Part shown: piece by piece, positions 27,418-40,900 of the stretch
Position numbering within the stretch: position 1 is the first letter of the stretch
Layout: every line of letters starts with the position of its first letter
Assembly (NCBI GenBank): GCA_012295275.1
Contig: CM022676.1
Location: 2,728,001 to 2,792,000 of the forward strand
Length of the DNA stretch: 64,000 bases
Direction of reading: 5' to 3'
DNA from: Chrysomallon squamiferum
Lineage: Eukaryota > Animalia > Mollusca
Position numbers and translations under genes: made by a program
The notes under the pieces: generated by a model
What the model was told of the DNA's origin: nothing
Databases searched by the model: none
The model's input: only the letters and a program-made list of their open reading frames with translations

Positions 27418-28190
27418 GTGAGTTTTACTTAATTTGTTTTTGTTTAGCTGTAAATAAAAGTCTTCAGTTTTGAAGTATTTTATAAACAGGTTTATAAGTG
27501 ATTTTTAGTTTGGATAAGTGCAGTGTTTGGTTTCATATATTTATAGTTCTTGAGTTGTTGTTTTTTATTTGTAACTGATTACCTTTATCAAAATATAGCT
27601 GCTTCATGTACATGCGATGTTATCTGACTGATATTGCAGTATATTTATACCTACATTCAGACCGTTACATTATATACTTTATTTTTGAAATATATATGAA
27701 ATCTACTTGTATTGTGTGCATGGCTGTGTCTCTCTCTCTGTCTGCCTGTCTGTCTGTACTGCTCTCTATCTGAGTGTATCCGTGTGTTTGAAAATATAAT
27801 CATATTACTCCCGTCAATTATACTTTCCTCTTAAATACTATGTTTTTATTTACATTTTATTTCGAAAAATGTTCTTATTCTATTATTAATCTTTTGCATT
27901 TTAAATAATCTCTTGAGAATATTATTGTTTCATTTTTTTGTATTTCAAACTTAGTGGTTTAAATTTATTTAAATACATTACTAATCTATTATTCTATGAA
28001 TTTGACATAGACTAATTCTTCAATTTCGATGAAATATTTGAAATATAGAAGCAAACTCATTAAATTAAAATTAATGTTTTCTTCTGATTTATATGATAAA
28101 CGTATTCTGCAGATTAAGAAATATATAAGATTGACAATGGAAACGTTTACTACATTTTTGAGTTATTTCATTGTACATGTGTACTTACAG

Positions 28191-28594
28191 GTGAAGCCGC
28201 AAAACTGACAATCAGCCCACGTCCTGTTTATGAAGGAGTTCCCGTGACAGTCATATGTAGTCTTGGTAACATTATCAGTGAGGTTGATATACTTACTTCT
28301 GTATCAGTGAGCAGAAGACTTCTCAGCAATCGCAGTACTAGTGTTATGATAGCTTCTGCTATCACTCTAAAGAATGGAGGTAAAGCTGGTTTAAAAGATG
28401 TAAACAACTTTGTATCTAGAGCGACAGTGACAGGAAAGTCTGACAACAATGACAAATCAGGATCTTTTATCCAGGTTCAACTGACAGGAATGACTTGCAG
28501 TGATTCAGGAGAATATTTATGTGTAATTGGTTATAACACACTTCATGGTAATCCAGATACCTCTCTGAAAGTTCTGAAAACATCACCATTCTAA
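28191..28594 (+). pseudogene. V-like Ig-domain exon (copy 3) with +2 frameshift near its 3' end
   Basis: 404 nt vs 402 nt in the paralog; gatacctctctgaaag vs gatacctctgaaag; the shifted frame ends LKVLKTSPF* with TAA (28592-28594) directly before the gtaagt donor. Confidence 0.85.
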
Positions 28595-28966
28595 GTAAGT
28601 GAAAACATGATTTATTTTTATGAGTTGTCGTGCATTTAGAGAATTTCATTTCTTGTGTTGTTGATTATATAACACTACCAACGAAAGTAAGTTAAAGCTT
28701 GGTTTTATATAATATTAGTTGTCGACGTATTTGGGTGAATTCACTTCTTTTATTACTGATTATACAACATTACTAGAGAAAGTAAGTGAAGATGCCATTT
28801 CAAATAAATGAAATGTTTATGTGATTTATGTCTCCTATTTGTACTTGTGTAAAAATATCTAAGTAAATAAGCGAGAAAGAAAATGTTCAACAGAAACAAT
28901 TACTTTTCAAAATTAGTCGAAAAAAGTATATTTGTATATAATACAAATTTCGTCTAAGTATCTAAC

Positions 28967-29005
<39 letters not shown>

Positions 29006-29059
29006 AACTAAATTACAGAAAAAAGCAGTGTTTATTTATTTCTTGTTTTTATATTTCAG

Positions 29060-29392
29060 CAAAGCCAGGTGATATTGAAATGATCGTTACACCAAGAAAG
29101 GAGTTCAGCCCCTATGTTGTCAGTGAAACTGTAGAGTTCAGGTGTAATGGAAATGTTGGTAACCCAGCACAGTCCTGGTCGTGGCAGTGGAAGTACGCTG
29201 CTGACATGCAGTGGATGCCGTACCCAAACACAGACAGAATCAAAGATGACCCACCTACACTATCTGGGTGTGAGAACAGAGGAAGTTCTGTTTTAAATCA
29301 CACTGTATCTCTCACTGACAACGCACGAATGTTCAGATGCATTGTGGGTAACACTGAGTTGTATTCTGCAAACTTTACCATCAATACTGAAA
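29060..29392 (+). CDS. Intact second-Ig-domain exon (copy 3), phase 1-1, 333 nt
   Basis: tttcag|CA AAG CCA...ACT GAA A|gtaaga; FRCNGNVGNPAQSWSWQW...GCENRGSSVLNHTVSLTDNARMFRCIV...YSANFTI, a C/I-type Ig fold pattern. Confidence 0.85.
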
Positions 29393-30760
29393 GTAAGATT
29401 TCAATTTATTTGGTTTTAGAATGAAAATCATTGCTGTATAAGGAAACCATTGTTATATGTAACGTATAACAACATTGTTTTAAGAAGGCAACTGAATTGA
29501 AATGATTTAACGGAAGAAAACGACAGTCATCATGTTGATGTTATGTCCTGTTTTAATTTGCTAATCTCCATGTTTTGTCATTTCTTGTAGAAGCCAGCTT
29601 ATTGGATTACGTAAATAATGATTTATTATCTTTCAGTCACCCAACACGAATAGGCTACTTGATGTGTTGAAACACACACTATGAACAGTCAGTGTATTAC
29701 CACTGCACTCAAGTCTATTGTGTTACTTTCTTTCCATTTTTCTGTTAATCACTGCAGCTAAGCATCTTTCTGCAGTATGCAGGTTTCATTTCATCTATGC
29801 ACTTCTGCATGTGTTTCTGTTTTCCTGTTTGTTTGTGTGCTGTATCAATATAAAAGTAATAATTATTTTATTTCTAAATCTCATGTTTCTTTTTTATAAA
29901 TGATAAGTACCGTCTTGTTTATGTATAAACAATGTTAATACTGACTCATTTCAGTTTAAAATGTAACTCGAACGTACCAGGAGAGTAGATCATACAGAAT
30001 TATATTTCAATTGATGCTGACTTATAAATAATATCATACAAATGACTCTAATTATTGCTGTGTTATTCATCGGGTAAAGATTATTGTGAAATGACGGATT
30101 TATATTTGTGTAGTGTTTTAATCGTGCACTATTATGTATGTTACAACATAAACATTTTAACATTTACCTCAGCAAGTAAAATAATTTTCATAATTGTTTA
30201 TTTCTCAACATTTTTTTTGTGTTTTTGTATTACAGAAAAGCTCATCAAACGAGGAAGTATATTTGTAAATTTTCCCATGTTAATTTTTAAATTTTATTAT
30301 TATTATTATTTTTCTTTTTATATAGATATTATGTTTATTTTACACTGAAAGTAAGTCTTGGTATTAATAGTAATATGAAATTTTTGTATTTTTAGTCTGC
30401 ATTATAGATACTACGATATTTTTATTTTATGATATTTGATGCCGATATCTTTACAAGTTTGAAACTCGTGGTTTATACTGCTTTGTAAGCTTGATAAGAT
30501 TTAGATGTAATAATGAGGATAGCTATAAAAATATAGATAATACACACTATATATGTAATGTCTTAAATAATTATTTTCTCAACACATCTTTACAGTAAAG
30601 TTGACTGTGTTTACCTTGAAGTTGAAAATTAATTTGAATACACGGACTAAACAATTATATCAGTCAATTATTGTGATAGTATATTCGATGTAATCATGGA
30701 TGATATTGACTTGGTTTATAATCATTAATTATAGGAACATATTTAACGTTGCCTTCCAAG

Positions 30761-31202
30761 CCAGTGTCACATCGACTGTAAAAGAAAATATCATCGATTG
30801 TGAATGTAACAAAACTGCTGTAACTGCCATTGCTGTAGTTATAATTGATTTTCTAACATTACCATTGAAAATAAGAGAAGGCGTGATTTTTATGTATTGG
30901 TAATTAATCTTCAAACAATATGTCTGGGAACCATGGAAGTGATGAAGATAATGAAAGTTCTGAAGATTACTCATATAATCAGACAAATGTAAAACCTGCG
31001 AATCAACCCAGTCAGTAAAGATGTCTGTGAAGAACACACAAGATCTGAAGTTTGTCAACAGTCAGTCACTGATTCACTGAATAAAACTGACGTGAGCAAC
31101 AATACAGCAGAGAGCCAACATCCAACCAGACAGAATCACAATAATGTTGATCAACAGAAAACAAAACATATTACTACTATTGATGTGAAAATCAAATTAT
31201 AA
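30761..31202 (+). pseudogene. Decayed stalk/TM-start and cytoplasmic-tail coding remnants
   Basis: ASVTSTVKENIIDCECNKTAVTAIAVVII, broken at ~30843; then SSNNMSGNHGSDEDNESSEDYSYNQTNVKPANQP and, after a frameshift, VSKDVCEEHTRSEVCQQSVTDSLNKTD...KHITTIDVKIKL*. Confidence 0.5.
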
Positions 31203-31489
31203 ACAAATGAAGTAGTTTCAAAATTAATTTCTTTTTTATTCCAGACTTTTTTTTTTCTTCAGCTCAGTACACTTAGCTACGTTCTTCATTATTTCAGATA
31301 ATTTCTAGATGCCAGTGATTGTTTGTGGATTCTGCTTAACTAATCAAGGAATAGCTTTATTTCTATCTTCTAATTCTGATATAGCAAAAAATAAAAGCTT
31401 TAAAAAGAAGTTTATACTATGTTGACTGTTTTAGTTCCACACTGAGTAATATGCTTATTAACATAGATAAAGTTACAGCTTAATGCCTG

Positions 31490-31494
<5 letters not shown>

Positions 31495-31545
<51 letters not shown>
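31495..31545. repeat. (CA)n microsatellite
   Basis: Direct reading. Confidence 0.95.
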
Positions 31546-31549
<4 letters not shown>

Positions 31550-31778
31550 AGTGACATAAATGCAAATCTGCTTTTTTATTTTACTTAAAAACCTTTTATA
31601 AAACTTTTTAACAGTTTTGAATATAATGTTTGCAGTAAGAACTTCCATGACAGATTAAAATATATTAAATAAAATTGTGAAAAACTTTGAAACAAATTTA
31701 TTTTCTCTTTCATTCTTTCTTTCCTTCTTCAATAGATGATAGAGCATCACTATTACTATTATATACCTGGTTTTTATA

Positions 31779-31978
31779 NNNNNNNNNNNNNNNNNNNNNN
31801 NNNNNNNNNNNNNNNNNNNNNNNNNNNNNNNNNNNNNNNNNNNNNNNNNNNNNNNNNNNNNNNNNNNNNNNNNNNNNNNNNNNNNNNNNNNNNNNNNNNN
31901 NNNNNNNNNNNNNNNNNNNNNNNNNNNNNNNNNNNNNNNNNNNNNNNNNNNNNNNNNNNNNNNNNNNNNNNNNNNNNN
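31779..31978. other. Assembly gap (200 N)
   Basis: Run of exactly 200 N, typical of a fixed-size scaffold join. Confidence 0.99.
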
Positions 31979-34900
31979 AAACAAATAAAGAACGACTTTG
32001 AAAGTTTAAAACGATCTAAGGCTTAGTGAGTACATCTCACGTAAGGGACCTAACTCTAATCGATATGATTTATTTCTTTGCTTTGTTTATATATATACAG
32101 ACAGAAAGACACACGCACACACACACACTTACACAGAGAAAAACCTCTGGTACTGAATCATTATACAATGGTAAAAGGATCAAAATTCAATTAATTAAAT
32201 ATAGCCAGAAAATTTGAAAATAAATAAATTTCAGAATATTAATAAATACAAAAAGAAATAATAAATACTGATATTAAAAAGCCGAATGTATCAAATGACA
32301 CAAAAAATTATTTTTATTTACTGATTTTTTAATTATAACAACAATAAGCAAAGTAGACAGGATAGAATAAACAAGTAACTAAACAAATAAAGAACGACTT
32401 TGAAAGTTTAAAACGATCGAAGGCTTAGTGAGTACATCTCACCTATGAGACCTCACTCTAAAATATATTTGTGAACACATATCACTAAAGGGAGATAAGT
32501 CTAATCGACATAATTTTTACTTCGCTTAGTGAGTACATCTCACGTAAGGGACCTAACTCTAATCGATATGATTTTTTCTTTCCTTGGTTTACATATATAC
32601 AGACAGACAGACGCACCACGACACACACACTTACACAGAGAAAAACCTCTGGTACTGAATGATTATACAATTGTAAAAGAAACAAAATTCAATTAATTGA
32701 AAATTGCCAGAAAATTTAAAAACAAATACATTTCAGAATATTAATAAATACAAAAAGAAATAATAAATACTGATATTAAAAAACCGATTCTATCAATTGA
32801 CACAAAAAATTATTATTTTTTACTGATTTTTTAATTATAACAACAATAAGCAAAGTAGACAGGATACACAAGAAATAAGTAAGAAAACAAATAAAGAACG
32901 ACTTTGAAAGTTTAAAACGATCTAAGGCTTAGTTAGTACATCTCACGTAAGGGACCTAACTCTAATCGATATGAATTTTTCTTTGCTTTGTTTATATATA
33001 TACAGACAGACAGACACACCCACACACACACACTTACACAGAGAAAAACCTCTGGTACTGAATGATTATACAATTGTAAAAGAATCAAAATTCAATTAAT
33101 TAAAAATTGACAGAAAATTTAAAAACAAATAAATTTCAGAATATTAATAAATACAAAAAGAAATAATAAATACTGATATTAAAAAACCGATTCTATCAAA
33201 TGACACAAAAAATTATTTTATTTACTGATTTTTTAATTATAACAACAATAAGCAAAGTAGACAGGATACACAAGAAATAAGTAAGAAAACAAATAAAGAA
33301 CGACTTTGAAAGTTTAAAACGATCTAAGGCTTAGTGAGTACATCTCACGTAAGGGACCTAACTCTAATCGATATGATTTATTTCTTTGCTTTGTTTATAT
33401 ATATACAGACAGAAAGACACACGCACACACACACACTTACACAGAGAAAAACCTCTGGTACTGAATCATTATACAATGGTAAAAGGATCAAAATTCAATT
33501 AATTAAATATAGCCAGAAAATTTGAAAATAAATAAATTTCAGAATATTAATAAATACAAAAAGAAATAATAAATACTGATATTAAAAAGCCGAATGTATC
33601 AAATGACACAAAAAATTATTTTTATTTACTGATTTTTTAATTATAACAACAATAAGCAAAGTAGACAGGATAGAATAAACAAGTAACTAAACAAATAAAG
33701 AACGACTTTGAAAGTTTAAAACGATCGAAGGCTTAGTGAGTACATCTCACCTATGAGACCTCACTCTAAAATATATTTGTGAACACATATCACTAAAGGG
33801 AGATAAGTCTAATCGACATAATTTTTACTTCGCTTAGTGAGTACATCTCACGTAAGGGACCTAACTCTAATCGATATGATTTTTTTCTTTCCTTGGTTTA
33901 TATATATACAGACAGACAGACACACCCACACACACACACTTACACAGAGAAAAACCTCTGGTACTGAATGATTATACAATTGTAAAAGAAACAAAATTCA
34001 ATTAATTGAAAATTGCCAGAAAATTTAAAAACAAATAAATTTCAGAATATTAATAAATACAAAAAGAAATAATAAATACTGATATTAAAAAAACCGATTC
34101 TATCAATTGACACAAAAATTATTATTTTTTACTGATTTTTTAATTATAACAACAATAAGCAAAGTAGACAGGATACACAACAAATAAGTAAGAAAACAAA
34201 TAAAGAACGACTTTGAAAGTTTAAAACGATCGAAGGCTTAGTGAGTACATCTCACGTAAGGGACCTAACTCTAATCGATATGAATTTTTCTTTGCTTTGT
34301 TTATATATATACAGACAGACAGACACACCCACACACACACACTTACACAGAGAAAAACCTCTGGTACTGAATGATTATACAATTGTAAAAGAAACAAAAT
34401 TCAATTAATTAAAAATTGACAGAAAATTTAAAAACAAATAAATTTCAGAATATTAATAAATACAAAAAGAAATAATAAATACTGATATTAAAAAACCGAT
34501 TCTATCAAATGACACAAAAAATTATTTTTATTTACTGATTTTTTAATTATAACAACAATAAGAAAAGTAGACAGGATAGAGTAAATAAATAAGCAAACAA
34601 TAAAGAACCACTTTAAAACTTTAAAATAATCGAAGACTTAGTGAGTACATCTCACCTATGGGACCTCACTCTAATATGTGTTAGTGAACACATATCACTA
34701 AAGGGAGATAAGTCTAATCGACATAATTTTTACTTCGCTTAGTGAGTACATCTCACGTAAGGGACCTAACTCTAATCGATATGATTTTTTTCTTTGCTTT
34801 TTTTTATATATATATATATATACAGACAGAAAGACACACCCACACACACACACTTACACAGAGAAAAACCTCTGGTACTGAATGATTATACAATTGTAAA

Positions 34901-37900
34901 AGAATCAAAATTCAATTAATTAAAAATTGACAGAAAATTTAAAAACAAATAAATTTCAGAATATTAATAAATACAAAAAGAAATAATAAATACTGATATT
35001 AAAAAACCGATTCTATCAAATGACACAAAAAATTATTTTATTTACTGATTTTTTAATTATAACAACAATAAGCAAAGTAGACAGGATACACAAGAAATAA
35101 GTAAGAAAACAAATAAAGAACGACTTTGAAAGTTTAAAACGATCTAAGGCTTAGTGAGTACATCTCACGTAAGGGACCTAACTCTAATCGATATGATTTA
35201 TTTCTTTGCTTTGTTTATATATATACAGACAGAAAGACACACGCACACACACACACACTTACACAGAGAAAAACCTCTGGTACTGAATCATTATACAATG
35301 GTAAAAGGATCAAAATTCAATTAATTAAATATAGCCAGAAAATTTGAAAATAAATAAATTTCAGAATATTAATAAATACAAAAAGAAATAATAAATACTG
35401 ATATTAAAAAGCCGAATGTATCAAATGACACAAAAAATTATTTTTATTTACTGATTTTTTAATTATAACAACAATAAGCAAAGTAGACAGGATAGAATAA
35501 ACAAGTAACTAAACAAATAAAGAACGACTTTGAAAGTTTAAAACGATCGAAGGCTTAGTGAGTACATCTCACCTATGAGACCTCACTCTAAAATATATTT
35601 GTGAACACATATCACTAAAGGGAGATAAGTCTAATCGACATAATTTTTACTTCGCTTAGTGAGTACATCTCACGTAAGGGACCTAACTCTAATCGATATG
35701 ATTTTTTCTTTCCTTGGTTTACATATATACAGACAGATAGACGCACCACGACACACACACTTACACAGAGAAAAACCTCTGGTACTGAATGATTATACAA
35801 TTGTAAAAGAAACAAAATTCAATTAATTGAAAATTGCCAGAAAATTTAAAAACAAATACATTTCAGAATATTAATAAATACAAAAAGAAATAATAAATAC
35901 TGATATTAAAAAAACGATTCTATCAATTGACACAAAAAATTATTATTTTTTACTGATTTTTTAATTATAACAACAATAAGCAAAGTAGACAGGATACACA
36001 ACAAATAAGTAAGAAAAGAAATAAAGAACGACTTTGAAAGTTTAAAACGATCGAAGGCTTAGTGAGTACATCTCACGTAAGGGACCTAACTCTAATCGAT
36101 ATGAATTTTTCTTTGCTTTGTTTATATATATACAGACAGACAGACACACCCACACACACACACTTACACAGAGAAAAACCTCTGGTACTGAATGATTATA
36201 CAATTGTAAAAGAAACAAAATTCAATTAATTAAAAATTGACAGAAAATTTAAAAACAAATAAATTTCAGAATATTCATAAATACAAAAAGAAATAATAAA
36301 TACTGATATTAAAAAATCGATTCTATCAAATGACACAACAAATTATTTTTATTTACTGATTTTTTAATTATAACAACAATAAGAAAAGTAGACAGGATAG
36401 AGTAAATAAATAAGCAAACAATAAAGAACCACTTTAAAACTTTAAAATAATCGAAGACTTAGTGAGTACATCTCACCTATGGGACCTCACTCTAATATGT
36501 GTTAGTGAACACATATCACTAAAGGGAGATAAGTCTAATCGACATAATTTTTACTTTGCTTAGTGAGTACATCTCACGGAAGGGACCTAACTCTAATCGA
36601 TATGATTTTTTTCTTTGCTTTGTTTATATATATATATATATATACAGACAGAAAGACACACACACACACACACACTTACACAGAGAAAAACCTCTGGTAC
36701 TGAATGATTATACAATTGTAAAAGAACCAAAATTCAATTAATTAAAAATTGACAGAAAATTTAAAAACAAATAAATTTCAGAATATTCATAAATACAAAA
36801 AGAAATAATAAATACTGATATTAAAAAATCGATTCTATCAAATGACACAAAAAATTATTTTATTTACTGATTTTTTAATTATAACAACAATAAGAAAAGT
36901 AGACAGGATACACAAGAAATAAGTAAGAAAACAAATAAAGAACGACTTTGAAAGTTTAAAACGATCTAAGGCTTAGTGAGTACATCTCACGTAAGGGACC
37001 TAACTCTAATCGATATGATTTATTTCTTTGCTTTGTTTATATATATACAGACAGAAAGACACACGCACACACACACACTTACACAGAGAAAAACCTCTGG
37101 TACTGAATCATTATACACAATGGTAAAAGGATCAAAATTCAATTAATTAAAAATTGCCAGAAAATTTAAAAATAAATAAATTTCAGAATATTAATAAATA
37201 CAAAAAGAAATAATAAATACTGATATTAAAAAACCGATTCTATCAAATGACACAAAAAATTATTTTTATTTACTGATTTTTTAATTATAACAACAATAAG
37301 CAAAGTAGACAGGATACACAAGAAATAAGTAAGAAAACAAATAAAGAACGACTTTGAAAGTACATCTCACCTATTTAAAACGATTTAAGGCATTTGAGTA
37401 CATCTCACGTAAGGGACCTAACTCTAATCGATATGAATTTTTCTTTGCTTTGTTTATATATATACAGACAGACAGACACACCCACACACACACACTTACA
37501 CAGAGAAAAACCTCTGGTACTGAATGATTATACAATTGTAAAAGAATCAAAATTCAATTAATTAAAAATTGCCAGAAAATTTAAAAACAAATAAATTTCA
37601 GAATATTAATAAATACAAAAAGAAATAATAAATACTGATATTAAAAAACCGATTCTATCAAATGACACAAAAAATTATTTTATTTACTGATTTTTTAATT
37701 ATAACAACAATAAGCAAAGTAGACAGGATATACAAGAAATAAGTAAGAAAACAAATAAAGAACGACTTTGAAAGTTTAAAACGATCGAAGGCTTAGTGAG
37801 TACATCTCACGTAAGGGACCTAACTCTAATCGATATAATCGATATGATTTTTCTTTGCTTTGTTTTATATATATACAGACAGACAGACACACCACACACA

Positions 37901-40900
37901 CACACTTACACAGAGAAAAACCTCTGGTACTGAATGATTATACAATTGTAAAAGAATCAAAATTCAATTAATTAAAAATTGACAGAAAATTTAAAAACAA
38001 ATAAATTTCAGAATATTAATAAATACAAAAAGAAATAATAAATACTGATATTAAAAAACCGATTCTATCAAATGACACAAAAAATTATTTTTTTTTTTAC
38101 TGATTTTTAATTATAACAACAATAAGCAAAGTAGACAGGATACACAAGAAATAAGTAAGAAAACAAATAAAGAACGACTTTGAAAGTTTTAAAACGATCT
38201 AAGGCTTAGTGAGTGAACACATATCACATCATAATTTTCAGTGATCTCACGTAAGGGACCTAACTCTAATCGATATTTTTTTTTCTTTGCTTTGTTTATA
38301 TATATACAGACAGACAGACACACCCACACACACACACTTACACAGAGAAAAACCTCTGGTACTGAATGATTATACAATTGTAAAAGAATCAAAATTCAAT
38401 TAATTAAAAATTGACAGAAAATTTAAAAACAAATAAATTTCAGAATATTAATAAATACAAAAAAGAAATAATAAATACTGATATTAAAAAAACCGATTCT
38501 ATCAAATGACAAAAAAATTATTTTTATTTACTGATTTTTTAATTATAACAACAATAAGCAAAGTAGACAGGATAGAATAAACAAGTAAGAAAACAAATAA
38601 AGAACGACTTTGAAAGTTTAAAACGATCTAAGGCTTAGTGAGTACATCTCACCTATGGGACCTCACTCTAAAATATATTTGTGAACACATATCACTAAAG
38701 GGAGATAAGTCTAATCGACATAATTTTTACTTCGCTTAGTGAGTACATCTCACGTAAGGGACCTAACTCTAATCGATATGATTTTTTTCTTTGCTTTTGT
38801 TTATATATATATACAGACAGACAGACACACCCACACACACACACTTACACAGAGAAAAACCTCTGGTACTGAATGATTATACAATTGTAAAAGAAACAAA
38901 ATTCAATTAATTAAAAATTGCCAGAAAATTTAAAAACAAATAAATTTCAGAATATTAATAAATACAAAAAGAAATAATAAATACTGATATTAAAAAACCG
39001 ATTCTATCAATTGACACAAAAAAATTATTTTTTTTTACTGATTTTTTAATTATAACAACAATAAGCAAAGTAGACAGGATACACAAGAAATAAGTAAGAA
39101 AACAAATAAAGAACGACTTTGAAAGTTTAAAACGATCTAAGGCTTAGTGAGTACATCTCACGTAAGGGACCTAACTCTAATCGATATGATTTTTTTCTTT
39201 TTGCTTTTATATATATACAGACAGAAAGACACACACACACACACACACACACTTACACAGAGAAAAACCTCTGGTACTGAATCATTATACAATGGTAAAA
39301 GGATCAAAATTCAATTAATTAAATATAGCCAGAAAATTTGAAAATAAATAAATTTCAGAATATTAATAAATACAAAAAGAAATAATAAATACTGATATTA
39401 AAAAGCCGAATGTATCAAATGACACAAAAAATTATTTTTATTTACTGATTTTTTAATTATAACAACAATAAGCAAAGTAGACAGGATAGAATAAACAAGT
39501 AACTAAACAAATAAAGAACGACTTTGAAAGTTTAAAACGATCGAAGGCTTAGTGAGTACATCTCACCTATGAGACCTCACTCTAAAATATATTTGTGAAC
39601 ACATATCACTAAAGGGAGATAAGTCTAATCGACATAATTTTTACTTCGCTTAGTGAGTACATCTCACGTAAGGGACCTAACTCTAATCGATATGATTTTT
39701 TTCTTTGCTTTGTTTTATATATATACAGACAGACAGACACACCCACACACACACACTTACACAGAGAAAAACCTCTGGTACTGAATGATTATACAATTTA
39801 AAAAAGAAACAAAATTCAATTAATTGAAAATTGCCAGAAAATTTAAAAACAAATAAATTTCAGAATATTAATAAATACAAAAAGAAATAATAAATACTGA
39901 TATTAAAAAAACCGATTCTATCAATTGACACAAAAATTTATTTTTTTTTACTGATTTTTAATTATAACAACAATAAGCAAAGTAGACAGGATACACAAGA
40001 AAAAAGTAAGAAAACAAATAAAGAACGACTTTGAAAGTTTAAAACGATCGAAGGCTTAGTGAGTACATCTCACGTAAGGGACCTAACTCTAATCGATATG
40101 ATTTTTTTCTTTGCTTTGTTTTATATATATATAGACAGACAGACAGACACACACACACACACACACTTACACAGAGAAAAACCTCTGGTACTGAATGATT
40201 ATACAATTGTAAAAGAAATCAAAATTCAATTAATTAAAAATTGACAGAAAATTTAAAAAAACAAATAAATTTCAGAATATTAATAAATACAAAAAGAAAT
40301 AATAAATACTGATATTAAAAAACCGATTCTATCAAATGACACAAAAAATTATTTTATTTACTGATTTTTTAATTATAACAACAATAAGCAAAGTAGACAG
40401 GAAAGTAGACAGGATACAAACAAATAAAGAAATAAGTTTAAGAAAACAAATAAAGAACGACTTTGAAAGTTTAAAACGATCTAAGGCTTAGTGAGTACAT
40501 CTCACGTAAGGGACCTAACTCTAATCGATATGATTTTTTCTTTGCTTTGTTTATATATATACAGACAGAAAGACACACACGCACACACACACACTTACAC
40601 AGAGAAAAAACCTCTGGTACTGAATCATTATACAATGGTAAAAGGATCAAAATTCAATTAATTAAATATAGCCAGAAAATTTAAAAAATAAATAAATTTC
40701 AGAATATTAATAAATACAAAAAGAAATAATAAATACTGATATTAAAAAGCCGAATGTATCAAATGACACAAAAAATTATTTTTATTTACTGATTTTTTAA
40801 TTATAACAACAATAAGCAAAGTAGACAGGATAGAATAAACAAGTAACTAAACAAATAAAGAACGACTTTGAAAGTTTAAAACGATCGAAGGCTTAGTGAG

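Noticed and set aside
28228-28649. Antisense ORFs over the V exon (and 30729, 53401, 54667)
   Set aside because: Shadows of plus-strand exons with no independent coding signal
29637-29790. Possible terminal or GPI-like exon after the copy-3 Ig2 exon
   Set aside because: An acceptor lies at the expected position, but phase 1 stops after five codons (ITQHE*) and the hydrophobic stretch needs frameshifts; too ambiguous to call
30236-30256. Possible micro-exon after tattacag
   Set aside because: Weak donor (gtatat), too short to support without RNA data
32110-32145. Cryptic 12-RSS-like CACACAC-N12-AGAAAAACC in each family-2 monomer
   Set aside because: The heptamer match is just the CA microsatellite; no coding segments are adjacent; likely chance
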